A stretch of DNA of 64,000 nucleotides from a bacterium (lineage in GTDB: Bacteria > Acidobacteriota > Blastocatellia > HR10), in NCBI GenBank assembly GCA_041640655.1, contig JBEPZV010000001.1, forward strand, positions 64,001-128,000, given 5' to 3'. Position numbers and translations under genes: made by a program. The notes below the pieces were generated by a model. It was not told the origin of the DNA. It made no database searches and saw only the letters and a list, made by a program, of their open reading frames with translations. Positions 10,468 to 19,973 of the stretch are shown here, piece after piece; the first letter of the stretch is position 1; every line of letters begins with the position of its first letter.

Positions 10468-10524
10468 AGCTGCGCCGTTCTCCGTCGCCGGCGAACTCGA
10501 TGGTTCGCGTGGCGGCTTTTCTCT

Positions 10525-10995
10525 TCACGATGTTTGGAGGTTCGCCGTTGGTTCCCCGCCAGACATCTGACCCAGGATCGCGCCGTAGATGATATGTCCC
10601 ATCAGGCTCCCGGCGACCGTCATCATCGGCTGCGGAGCATGACTGGAGAAGAATCCGGCGCCCATCATCGGCATGACCACGGCCTGAGAGACCAACCAGA
10701 GCATCAGCCCCCAGATGAGGCCTTTGCGCCACGGTGCGCCGGGCAAACGGTCGTAGAGCAAAAAAGCGAAGATCAACGGAAAAATCACCGACCCGTTCAC
10801 AAAATGAAGAACCATGCCCATGAGCCACGCGCCACTCATGGGCTCGGGCATCGTCTGGCTCATCATGCCGCCGAGCATGGCGGCCACGTCCATCTTCGGC
10901 ATCCCCATGAGCGGAGCCAGATACATGATCACGGTCATCACCAGCGTGGCGACGAATCCGCCGAGGATCGCTTTCTCAACGTTCTTGCGCTCCAT
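10525..10995 (-). CDS. Met-rich four-TM membrane protein (DUF6789/DUF2938-like)
   Basis: AILGGFVATLVMT, MGMPKMDVAAMLG, HFVNG, GHIIYGAILG; GGAGG RBS. Confidence 0.75.
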   Translation of the reverse strand: MERKNVEKAILGGFVATLVMTVIMYLAPLMGMPKMDVAAMLGGMMSQTMPEPMSGAWLMGMVLHFVNGSVIFPLIFAFLLYDRLPGAPWRKGLIWGLMLWLVSQAVVMPMMGAGFFSSHAPQPMMTVAGSLMGHIIYGAILGQMSGGEPTANLQTS

Positions 10996-11054
10996 GACGC
11001 CCTCCTGACTCTGAGTTTTCAGGCCGCATTGTGTCACGGCCTCGGCGAGGAAGC

Positions 11055-11118
11055 CGTAATTTCGATTACAAAGCCCGAACGTTCGTCGGCGAACTTTCGG
11101 ACGGTGATCCACATTACT
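11055..11118. promoter_or_regulatory. Two Crp/Fnr-like boxes in the divergent promoter region
   Basis: CGTAA-N6-TTACA (11055-11070) and GGTGA-N6-TTACT (11103-11118). Confidence 0.55.
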
Positions 11119-11187
11119 GAACTCGAAGGGAGGGAGGGCTACACTGGCCGCTGTCTGTCGGACAGATTTTCGAAAAGGAGGACAAAA

Positions 11188-11898
11188 ATGACGGATCGGA
11201 CGAAACGGATAGCGAAGGCGCTCGCGGTGGTCGCCTTCGCCGCCAGCTCAAGCTATCTGCTTCTCGGCAGCGGTCGGTCGGATGCGGCCCGCATCGAAAA
11301 CCGTCTCGCGCCGGAATCGCGCGCCCAGGCCCAAAACCCGTGCAATCCCTGTCGAGACAAAGCCCGCCAGCGCGCGCAGAATCCCTGCAATCCTTGCGCC
11401 CAGAAGAAAAAGGCGCAAAATCCCTGCAATCCCTGCGCCGGAAAGATGCCGGCCACGGGGAAGGTCTATCAAGATGCGACAACCTATCGGAGTTGGGCGA
11501 AGCTGACAGAGCCCACACTGAGCGTGGGTCACGGCGGCAAGTACGTCGTCACCTACGCGAACTCGTCCGCCGAGGCGACGATCAAAAGCGGCCGGTTCCC
11601 GTTCAAAAGCGGGGCCAAATTGATCAAGGAAGGGTACGAGGACGCCGGCGGCAAGCCGGGCGAGCTGACGACCCTCTACGTGATGGAGAAACGCGGTCGC
11701 GATTGGTACTACGCCATGACCGACCTTCAGGGCAACATCCAGATGGAGGGGATGAGCAAGCAAGCCCAGATGTGCTCAAGTTGTCACACCGGAGCCAAGA
11801 AAACGGATTACGTCTTCACGGCGGCGCAGCTCAAGGGCCAATCCCCGACCATGCCCGCTAATCCCTGCAATCCGTGCGCCAAAAAGAAGAAAGGCTGA
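11188..11898 (+). CDS. Secreted cytochrome P460/c'-beta family protein with four NPCNPC repeats
   Basis: AAGGAGG RBS; signal peptide; YRSW, HGGKYVVTYAN, LIKEGY, YVMEK, WYYA, C-terminal CSSCH..DYVF. Confidence 0.8.
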   Translation: MTDRTKRIAKALAVVAFAASSSYLLLGSGRSDAARIENRLAPESRAQAQNPCNPCRDKARQRAQNPCNPCAQKKKAQNPCNPCAGKMPATGKVYQDATTYRSWAKLTEPTLSVGHGGKYVVTYANSSAEATIKSGRFPFKSGAKLIKEGYEDAGGKPGELTTLYVMEKRGRDWYYAMTDLQGNIQMEGMSKQAQMCSSCHTGAKKTDYVFTAAQLKGQSPTMPANPCNPCAKKKKG

Positions 11899-11957
11899 GA
11901 CCCCGGCAATCCCTGCGGGGTGAAGGCGACCCTCGCCAGGGGAGAAATTTCGCCCAA

Positions 11958-11973
11958 CGTAAGGAAGATTACA
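11958..11973. promoter_or_regulatory. Crp/Fnr-like box upstream of the DUF5818-like gene
   Basis: CGTAA-GGAAGA-TTACA, same arms as 11055-11070. Confidence 0.6.
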
Positions 11974-12034
11974 GTGGCCTGTCAGAGCAAAGCATAGAAT
12001 GTTCGGTGCACATTCAACATACGGGAGGAAAAGC

Positions 12035-12403
12035 ATGAAGAAACTGTCTGCGGTTGGATGTCTCGTCGCTCTTTCATTTGTCGCCGCCTTTGCTCAACAG
12101 CGGACCTTCGTCGGCAAGATCGGCGATAGCCAATGTGGTTTGAAGCATGCGATGGGCATGGGCAGCGACAAGGAGTGCACGCTCAAATGCGTCCAGGCGG
12201 GCGGGAAATTCATCCTGGCCGACCTGAAGAACAACACCGTCTACCAGCTCGATGACCAGAAGACGCCGGAGAAATTCGCCGGGCAGATGGTGAAGGTCAC
12301 GGGCACGCTCGACCGAAAGACCAAGACCATCAAGGTCGCGAGCATTGAGCCGGCTCCGGAAAACCCGTGCAACCCCTGCGCGAAGAAGCCGGGGAAGTCG
12401 TAA
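12035..12403 (+). CDS. Secreted DUF5818-like protein with C-terminal NPCNPC
   Basis: Signal peptide; GKIGDSQCGLKH, ECTLKCV, FAGQMVKVTGTLD. Confidence 0.75.
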   Translation: MKKLSAVGCLVALSFVAAFAQQRTFVGKIGDSQCGLKHAMGMGSDKECTLKCVQAGGKFILADLKNNTVYQLDDQKTPEKFAGQMVKVTGTLDRKTKTIKVASIEPAPENPCNPCAKKPGKS

Positions 12404-12532
12404 AACCCCTGCAATCCGTGCGGGAAGAAAAAGCCCGAGAGCCGGACCTGAGTACAGAGCTTCTGCCGAGAGCGCGACCGACCGTGAACTCTCAGCACGA
12501 CTACGGCCGGTCGCAAGGAGGATAGGCGCCTC

Positions 12533-13555
12533 ATGAGAGCCGAACACAAACGATCGCATCAGGCTCACGGGCTGCTTATCCTCGCCGGCCTTCTTGGGCT
12601 GACGACGGTGATCTGGATCGGGCTCTCGCCGCGCCTGCGGCAAGCCATGTCAGGAGGGCAGCAGAGCCGACAGCCCACCGCTCCTCCGGCGATGAAGCTT
12701 TTACCCGGCGGTCGCTTCGAGATGGGGAGCCCACCGGCGGAAGCGCACCAGGCGATCCACAATCGCGCTGACACGACCGGCGCTCCCGACCCCGCTCATG
12801 AGATTTATGAAGACGAAGGCCCGGTTCACGAGGTCGCGCTCTCACCCTTTTTCATTGACCTTCACGAGGTGACCAATGCGGAGTTCGCGCTGTTTGTTCA
12901 AGCCACCGGGTACAAGACGGATGCCGAGCGCAAAGGGGCATCCTGGGTCTTTCGCCAGGGCGCCAGGGATTGGGAGTTCATCCGAGGCGCCGACTGGCGC
13001 CATCCCCTCGGACCCGACGACTCCATTGCCGATCGAATGAATCATCCGGTCGTACACGTCTCCTGGAACGATGCTCTCGCCTATTGCCGATGGGCGGGCA
13101 AACGACTGCCGACCGAAGCCGAATGGGAATATGCCGCCCGCGCCGGCCATCGGGGTCAGACTTATCCTTGGGGCAATGAGCTGAAACCCGGAGGCAAGCT
13201 CATGGCCAATTTCTGGCAGGGGCACTGGCCCGACAGGAATCTGCTCGAAGACGGCTACTACTACACGGCGCCGGTCTGTTCCTTCCCGCCGAACGATTTC
13301 GGCCTCTGCGACATGGTGGGAAACGTCTGGGAATGGACAGCCGACTGGTATGCCGAGGATTACTACGCCCACAGCCCCGTTGCGAACCCCCAGGGTCCGT
13401 CATCGGGAGAGATGCGCGTGGCGCGAGGAGGATCGTGGTTTTGCTCGCCCAATTACTGCGGAGCCTATCGCGTGGCTTTCCGCGGCAAGAGCCCGCCCGA
13501 CGCGAGCTTCAACAACGTGGGATTTCGCTGCGCCAAAGATGCCAAAGCGCCTTAA
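12533..13555 (+). CDS. Formylglycine-generating enzyme (FGE-sulfatase/SUMF1) family protein with N-terminal hydrophobic anchor
   Basis: FEMGS, HEVTNAEF, RLPTEAEWEYAAR, GNVWEW, RGGSWFCSPNYC, GFRC. Confidence 0.9.
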   Translation: MRAEHKRSHQAHGLLILAGLLGLTTVIWIGLSPRLRQAMSGGQQSRQPTAPPAMKLLPGGRFEMGSPPAEAHQAIHNRADTTGAPDPAHEIYEDEGPVHEVALSPFFIDLHEVTNAEFALFVQATGYKTDAERKGASWVFRQGARDWEFIRGADWRHPLGPDDSIADRMNHPVVHVSWNDALAYCRWAGKRLPTEAEWEYAARAGHRGQTYPWGNELKPGGKLMANFWQGHWPDRNLLEDGYYYTAPVCSFPPNDFGLCDMVGNVWEWTADWYAEDYYAHSPVANPQGPSSGEMRVARGGSWFCSPNYCGAYRVAFRGKSPPDASFNNVGFRCAKDAKAP

Positions 13556-13856
13556 TGCCGATAATCGCGAGAGTGGTTCCGTTGGTGTTCCCCTGCTCCA
13601 GGTCTACGTGGCGCGTCACTGCCCCAGTTGTGAAGAAGCCCGGCGACTGGCCCATCTGGCGGATTCGCTTTTCCCCGCCCTCACCGTGCACGTTATTGAT
13701 CTGGACGAATCGCCAGCCGATGGGGTGGATGTCTTCGCCGTCCCCACCTATGTGTTCAACGGCCGAGTGTGCTTCCTCGGCAACCCATCGGAGGAAGAAC
13801 TGTGCGAAGTACTCGATCGCTTGCTTGAATCCTCCCTCGAAGATGCGGTAGAGTGA
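13539..13856 (+). CDS. Thioredoxin/glutaredoxin-like protein (start uncertain)
   Basis: VYVARHCPSC, AVPTYVFNG, FLGNPS. Confidence 0.7.
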   Translation: MPKRLNADNRESGSVGVPLLQVYVARHCPSCEEARRLAHLADSLFPALTVHVIDLDESPADGVDVFAVPTYVFNGRVCFLGNPSEEELCEVLDRLLESSLEDAVE

Positions 13857-13888
13857 AGCCCAGCTCTTTGAGAAAGGAGGATCACGCC

Positions 13889-14656
13889 ATGCCGTCAAAT
13901 CCCTTCGCCTCCATCGCCAGAAGGATGACCGGTCAACGTCGCGCCTCGCCCACTGCCGCAGCCGCCGACGATCACCCGGCGCGAGAGCGATTGAGCGAAA
14001 AGCTCGGATACTTATCGGCGATGAAGATCTTTCAGGACCTCAGCCGCGAGGAGCTGATGGCCATCGAGCGGGCTACGACGATGATCACGTGCCCGGCCGG
14101 TCGCGTGTTCTACATCCCGGGAGAAACCGGCGAGGTTCTTTTCCTGCTCAAGCGGGGGCGAGTTCAGATCTATTGTCTCTCGCCGGATGGGCGCAAACTG
14201 ACGGTGAAGATCCTGGAGCCGATGACGTTTTTCGGGGAGATGGCCATTCTCGGCCAGGGGATGTATGACACGTTCGCCGAGGCGATGGATGATTGCGTGA
14301 TTTGCGTCATGAGCCGCCAGGATGTCGTCCGGCTTCTTCTCAGCAAGCCGCCGGTGGCCGCGCGCATCTGTGAGGAGCTGGCGCGTCGGGTGATGGAGAC
14401 CGAGCAGCGATTGGAAGAGCTGGCCTTCAAGGGCGTGGACTCACGGCTGGCCGGCTTGCTGATTCGCCTCGCCGGCCAGGGAGACGAACTCGTCGGTTAT
14501 AGCCACCAGGAGCTGGCGGAACTCCTCGGCGTCTATCGCGAGACGGTCACCCTGACCTTGGACCGGTTCAAGGCCCGAGGGCTGATCGAGATCGGGCGCC
14601 GGCGCCTCAAGCTGCTGAACCGCGCTGCGTTGGCCGAGATCGCCAAGTCCCCGTGA
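13889..14656 (+). CDS. Crp/Fnr family transcriptional regulator
   Basis: FFGEMA, HQELAELLGVYRETVT; AAGGAGG RBS. Confidence 0.92.
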   Translation: MPSNPFASIARRMTGQRRASPTAAAADDHPARERLSEKLGYLSAMKIFQDLSREELMAIERATTMITCPAGRVFYIPGETGEVLFLLKRGRVQIYCLSPDGRKLTVKILEPMTFFGEMAILGQGMYDTFAEAMDDCVICVMSRQDVVRLLLSKPPVAARICEELARRVMETEQRLEELAFKGVDSRLAGLLIRLAGQGDELVGYSHQELAELLGVYRETVTLTLDRFKARGLIEIGRRRLKLLNRAALAEIAKSP

Positions 14657-14826
14657 AGTTCCTTTGAGCACGCGACGGGGGAGCATCTCGCACCGCCCCT
14701 CTACAGAAGCGTTCGCCAAACTGGCGCGCCGACCGAAAGCGACCGGATCAACGCCTCCCCCAAGCCGCGCCAACATCGTGTCCACCGCCGAGCTGGACGT
14801 CGCCCGGATCCACCACTTGCCCGAAC

Positions 14827-16242
14827 TCAACCTCCCCGCGAAGGCTCCTCGGCGCGGACGGGGGCCACGGCAGCGTCCGAACGAGCCGGGACATGCGCGG
14901 TGCCGCCCATCCCCGGCGAGAGGAAGTTGTACGCGACCTCACCGTGCAGCACCAGATCCAATCCCGCGATCTCTTCCTCTTCGGTGACGCGGAGCGGAGT
15001 CATCCGGGCGACCACCTTGAGGATGAGGAAGGTCATCGCAGCAGCCAAAGCCCAGGTCGCGACCACGCCGATGAGCTGAACGAGCAGCTGCCCGGGATTG
15101 CCGAAGAGCGCCCCATCGGCGCCTATGGGGTTCACGGCGCGACTGGCGAAGAGCCCCGTTGCCAGAGCCCCCCATGTCCCGCACAGGCCGTGAACGCCGA
15201 AGACATCCAGGGAATCATCGTAGCCCAAGCGCGGCTTGAGGATGTTGACGCCCCAGTATCCGATCACCCCAGCTCCGATCCCGATCGCGAGGGCTGAGAG
15301 GGCCGAGACATACCCGGAAGCAGGGGTGATCGCGACCAATCCGGCGACAACTCCGGTCGCCGTCCCCAAGACCGTCGGCTTGCCACGGTGCCCCCACTCG
15401 ATGAAGGCCCACGTGAGACCGGCCACGGCCGCCGCCGCATGCGTCACGGTGAAGGCCACCGCGGCCAAACCGTTGGCAGCCAGAGCGCTCCCGGCATTAA
15501 ACCCGAACCATCCAAACCAGAGCAGCGCCGCCCCCAGGATCGTCAGCGGCAAGTTGTGAGGAGGGAGGACCTTCTCCGGATACCCCTGGCGCCGACCGAT
15601 GACCAGCGCTGCCACCAAAGCTGAGACGCCGGAGCTGATGTGAACGACCGTCCCACCGGCGAAGTCCAAAGCACCCAGCTTCCCGAGCCATCCCCCGCCC
15701 CACACCCAGTGCGCCAGCGGATCATACACCAGAGTCGCCCACATCACCGCGAACAACACAAACGCGGTGAAACGAATCCGCTCGACGAATGTCCCCGTGA
15801 TGAGTGCCACGGTGATGACGGCGAACATCCCCTGGAACATGACGAAGGCCAGATGCGGAACGTTCATCCCCGCGTTGGGCTCCCCGCCGACCCCCTTGAG
15901 CCCCCAATACGTCAAGCGACCGATGATCCCCCCAAGATCGGGGCCGAACGAGAGGCTGTATCCCAACACCACCCATTGCACGCTGATCAGACACAGGAGG
16001 AAGAAACTGTGCATGAGCGTCGAGAGCACATTGCGCTGACTGACCAATCCCCCGTAGAAGAGCGCCAATCCCGGCGCCGTCATCAGCATCACCAGCGCAC
16101 TTGCCGTGAGCACCCACGCCGTATCGCCGGCATCCACCGTCGGTGTCGAGGTGGCTTGCGCCCAGACCGTTGGCCCCACAAGCAGCGAGAGGCCAATCCC
16201 CCACAAAAGCTCACGACTCCATCGCCGATGCGGTCTCCTCAT
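14827..16242 (-). CDS. amtB: Ammonium transporter
   Basis: GDTAW, DFAGGTVVH, WFGWFGFNAGS, DDSLDVFGVHG. Confidence 0.96.
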   Translation of the reverse strand: MRRPHRRWSRELLWGIGLSLLVGPTVWAQATSTPTVDAGDTAWVLTASALVMLMTAPGLALFYGGLVSQRNVLSTLMHSFFLLCLISVQWVVLGYSLSFGPDLGGIIGRLTYWGLKGVGGEPNAGMNVPHLAFVMFQGMFAVITVALITGTFVERIRFTAFVLFAVMWATLVYDPLAHWVWGGGWLGKLGALDFAGGTVVHISSGVSALVAALVIGRRQGYPEKVLPPHNLPLTILGAALLWFGWFGFNAGSALAANGLAAVAFTVTHAAAAVAGLTWAFIEWGHRGKPTVLGTATGVVAGLVAITPASGYVSALSALAIGIGAGVIGYWGVNILKPRLGYDDSLDVFGVHGLCGTWGALATGLFASRAVNPIGADGALFGNPGQLLVQLIGVVATWALAAAMTFLILKVVARMTPLRVTEEEEIAGLDLVLHGEVAYNFLSPGMGGTAHVPARSDAAVAPVRAEEPSRGG

Positions 16243-16279
16243 CGCCATCCCTCCTTGCAGGAAGATCCTCAGCGCCCGT

Positions 16280-16675
<396 letters not shown>

Positions 16676-19378
16676 TCATCCGACGGAGAGCGCCTCGGCG
16701 AGCGCGCGCTCGACCTCGGCGATGAACGCCGGTGCGAGCTTTCGCCCCTCGGCATCGGTGATGTAAAAGACATCGAGCGCCAGACTCTTCTCCGTCGTCA
16801 CCTTCGCCAGGACGATCGTGAGGCCAAGAGCTTGAAGCGTGCTCGCGATCCAATACGCGAGCCCGGGCTCATCTTCGGCCACGACCTCGAGGACCGTGCT
16901 CGTGAGGGAGGCGGCATTGTCGCACCGGATGAGCGGAGCTTGGCGATCGCGCGCCCGATGTCGAAGACTTCGCCTCCGCCACCTGGCGACGGCGCGAGCG
17001 ACATCGTAACGGCCCTCCACGGCAGCCCTCACGTCCGCTTCGATCGCCGCCCACCGCTCGGGGGAGACGGGACACGCCGACCCGATCTCGCAGACCCGAA
17101 ACGTGTCAATGATGATCCCATCCGCGCGCGTATAGGCCTCGGCGCTGAGGATATTGAGGCCGTGCGCCCAGAGCGTCCCCGCAATGCGCGCGAACAATCC
17201 CGGCTGATCGAAGGTGCTGAGGGTCAGCTCCGTGCAGTCCCCCTCGCGAACGGTGCGCCAGTGGAGGACGACGAACTCCTCGGGCACGCGACGAACCAGA
17301 CGCAGGTGCTCGGCGATCTGCTCCGGCAGCGTCGCACGCCCATAGCGCGGGGGCAGCTCGACCAGATGGCGCTCGATCTCCGACCGGGAGAATTCCCCAT
17401 CCAGCGCGCGCGCGACCTCCTCAATCGGCAGCCGCTCCCCCTCCCCCTGACGCGTGAGCCAGCGGCGCGCCCGCTCGTACAGCTCCCACAGCAGAAGGCC
17501 CTTCCATTGGGTCCACACGCCCGGCCCCACGCCCGCTGTATCCGCATAGGTGAGCAGCAGCAACATATTGAGGCGCTCAAGCCGATCGCCCTCACCGAGA
17601 GCGGCCACAAGTTCCGCGATCACCCCCTCTTCGGTCACATCGCGCCGCCAGGCCAGATGCGACATGAGCAGATGGCGCGCGACGAGGAAAAGGACCGCCT
17701 GCTGCCGCTGCGGCCCCAGCCCCAGGCGCCTCAGAGCTCGACGGGCCAAGCGCACGCTGCGCGGCACATGGCCGTGACCTCGCCCCTTCCCGAGATCGTG
17801 AAACAGCAGACCGAGATAAAGGGGGACGACATCGGTGATCTCGCTGAAGACCTGACGGAGGCGCGCCTGTTGCGCATCGTCGGGGTTCTGCCAAATCCGA
17901 TCCAACGCCTCAAGAGCCTGGAACGTATGCTCATCCACCGTATAGGCGTGATCCGGATCGTGCTGCACCAGAAAGGTGAGACGTCCGAACTCCGGAAGGA
18001 AACGCCCCAAAACCCCGGTCTCATGCATCAGGCGGAGCATGCGGGCGACCTCGCCGCGATGGCCGACGATCTGCAGGAAGAGATGGCGCGCTTCCGGCCT
18101 CTGGCGCAGGATCCGACCGAGCGCCGGAGCGTGTTCCCGAATCGTCCGCCGCAGCTCCTCGCTCAGCGTGACGCGCTCGGTTTGAGCCACCCGAAAGGCC
18201 TCCACAAGCAGAAGCAGATCCCAGGCGGGCGACACATCGAGCCGCCCTCTCTCCTCTCTGAGAAAGAGCTTCCCGTCCGCGATCTCAAAAGCCCCAAGGC
18301 GCCGACGCTCTCGAAATGCCCACAAGCGCCTGCGCGTGGTGGCCCCCCAGGCGCGCGCCAGAAAGCTGCGGGCGATCTCGTGCAGGCCGTGCGCCTGATG
18401 ATAATACTCCCGCATGAAGACCTCAGAAGCATGCAATCCGCGCCGGGGCATATACCCGAGATGAGCGGCCAGCATCGGTTGGAGATCCACGGTCAACTGA
18501 TCCGTCTTCCGCCCCGTCAGGAAGTGCAACCCGTTCCGCACGCGAAGCAGGAAATCGTGAGCGGAACGGAGCACGGCGTACTCGGCGCTGCTCACATGGC
18601 CCTCCGCACAGAGGGCCTCCACGCCCGCACTCCCATACTGGGCGTGCCCCACCCATCGAATCGTGTGGAGATCGCGAAGTCCTCCGGCACCTTCCTTCAC
18701 ATGAGGCTCTTGCACACCGATGATCCCCCCCATCCGAGCATATCGTCGTTCCCACTCACGGCGCAGGGCCTCGAGAAACAGCAGCCTCTGCCGCCGATCC
18801 TCATAAAGGGCGGCCTGGAGAGACTCGCGGAGTTGGCGGACAATCGCCGGACTGCCCCACAAGTACCGGGTCTCCTGAAGCGCCGTAGCGACGCGCGGGT
18901 CCTCGCGCGCCACGCGAACGGATTCGCCAATGGAACGAACACTGTGCCCGATCACAAGACCACCATCCCAGAGGAGCCGTAAGACCTGCTCGATGAACGC
19001 GCGAAGCTCTTCCGGAGCCCGATCCCCGTGGACGAAGGCCAGATCCACATCCGAGAAAGGAGCCAATTCGCACCGTCCGTATCCTCCCACGGCCACGAGA
19101 GCACAGGCTCGAGCGACCTCCGCCCGAGCGTCCACGCGCGCGCTCACCCACTCCGCCACCTGACAGACGATCAGATCCACAATAGCGCTCCACCGATGAA
19201 CGACCTCGCTTCCGCGAGCACAACGACGGTGATGCCGCAGAAGCCGCTCCCTCTCAATGACGATGAAAGCCCGGATGCCACGAAGCAGCTCCTCCTGATC
19301 GAGGTTCGACCCTCCGACTCCGAGCCGCTCCCCCGCATGAGCCACCGTCTTCTCCCACGCTCTCAACATCAGCCTCAC
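16676..19378 (-). CDS. glnD: [Protein-PII] uridylyltransferase
   Basis: AVGGYGR..SDVDL, KEGAGGLRD, HAYTVDEH, HDLGKG, two C-terminal ACT domains. Confidence 0.94.
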   Translation of the reverse strand: MRLMLRAWEKTVAHAGERLGVGGSNLDQEELLRGIRAFIVIERERLLRHHRRCARGSEVVHRWSAIVDLIVCQVAEWVSARVDARAEVARACALVAVGGYGRCELAPFSDVDLAFVHGDRAPEELRAFIEQVLRLLWDGGLVIGHSVRSIGESVRVAREDPRVATALQETRYLWGSPAIVRQLRESLQAALYEDRRQRLLFLEALRREWERRYARMGGIIGVQEPHVKEGAGGLRDLHTIRWVGHAQYGSAGVEALCAEGHVSSAEYAVLRSAHDFLLRVRNGLHFLTGRKTDQLTVDLQPMLAAHLGYMPRRGLHASEVFMREYYHQAHGLHEIARSFLARAWGATTRRRLWAFRERRRLGAFEIADGKLFLREERGRLDVSPAWDLLLLVEAFRVAQTERVTLSEELRRTIREHAPALGRILRQRPEARHLFLQIVGHRGEVARMLRLMHETGVLGRFLPEFGRLTFLVQHDPDHAYTVDEHTFQALEALDRIWQNPDDAQQARLRQVFSEITDVVPLYLGLLFHDLGKGRGHGHVPRSVRLARRALRRLGLGPQRQQAVLFLVARHLLMSHLAWRRDVTEEGVIAELVAALGEGDRLERLNMLLLLTYADTAGVGPGVWTQWKGLLLWELYERARRWLTRQGEGERLPIEEVARALDGEFSRSEIERHLVELPPRYGRATLPEQIAEHLRLVRRVPEEFVVLHWRTVREGDCTELTLSTFDQPGLFARIAGTLWAHGLNILSAEAYTRADGIIIDTFRVCEIGSACPVSPERWAAIEADVRAAVEGRYDVARAVARWRRRSLRHRARDRQAPLIRCDNAASLTSTVLEVVAEDEPGLAYWIASTLQALGLTIVLAKVTTEKSLALDVFYITDAEGRKLAPAFIAEVERALAEALSVG

Positions 19379-19408
19379 CTCGCCCTCACGAGGTCGGTAC
19401 TAAGGAGA

Positions 19409-19424
19409 TGCAAGCGGCATGCCG
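19409..19424 (-). promoter_or_regulatory. sigma54 promoter of glnD-glnK-amtB
   Basis: CGGCATGCCGCTTGCA (GG-N10-GC). Confidence 0.7.
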
Positions 19425-19892
19425 AGGCCAAAAAGGTGCCGGCGCAAAGCGCACATCTCTTTTCTGGGCCGAGACTTACGTTTTGATGGGGCTCAAAAGG
19501 GGCGTGGTTCAATATGCGACATCTTCGTATCGCTAGACAGAAGATTTCACAATAAAGTCACACGATTCGGGCCTAGTCTTTACAATTTCCGGTCACATAT
19601 GACGTAGCATCTTCATTGAATTTCGACAATATCGTAACGATTTTCACAAAATTCGCCAATTCTGGTGCCAAGAGGAAGAAACAAAAGTGCGGGGAGCATC
19701 AGGACAGCACCCGGCAGCCCGGGTGCCGGGGAAGCTCACGTGCCATTGTCGAAGGTGAGAGAATGGAGCGACCGGGCAGCCGCCCCTTCGTCTCGCGGAG
19801 CAATGGAGGGTCTCAGGTAAGGAGTAACCCTCGACAACGCCTCAACGGCCAGTTCATGAAGACGTCAGCTCGAAGGCATGCGCTCTGATTAA

Positions 19893-19973
19893 CAGGGTGC
19901 GGCTGAAGCGCTCGAGAACGGCGTCTTGTTTGGGCGAGCAAGGGTGGAGGGCGAAGTGCCCTAGGCCTTCGCC
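19893..19973 (-). mobile_element. Short integrase-core (IS481/IS3-like) transposase scar
   Basis: Translates GEGLGHFALHPCSPKQDAVLERFSRTL, which aligns with GPTHYWTYPKSPKMNAHAERFNRTI of the IS at 33 kb. Confidence 0.55.

Noticed and set aside
10453..11187. N-terminal 245 aa of the 481-aa ORF
   Set aside because: Overlaps the Met-rich gene on the opposite strand; the RBS and signal peptide place the real start at 11188
11896..11898. Selenocysteine recoding of the P460 TGA
   Set aside because: The TGA is not at a Cys position of the repeat, no SECIS was recognised, and the parallel case uses TAA
19855..19880. Similarity of GAGCTGACGTCTT to the IS5 right end near 34787
   Set aside because: Too short to distinguish from chance
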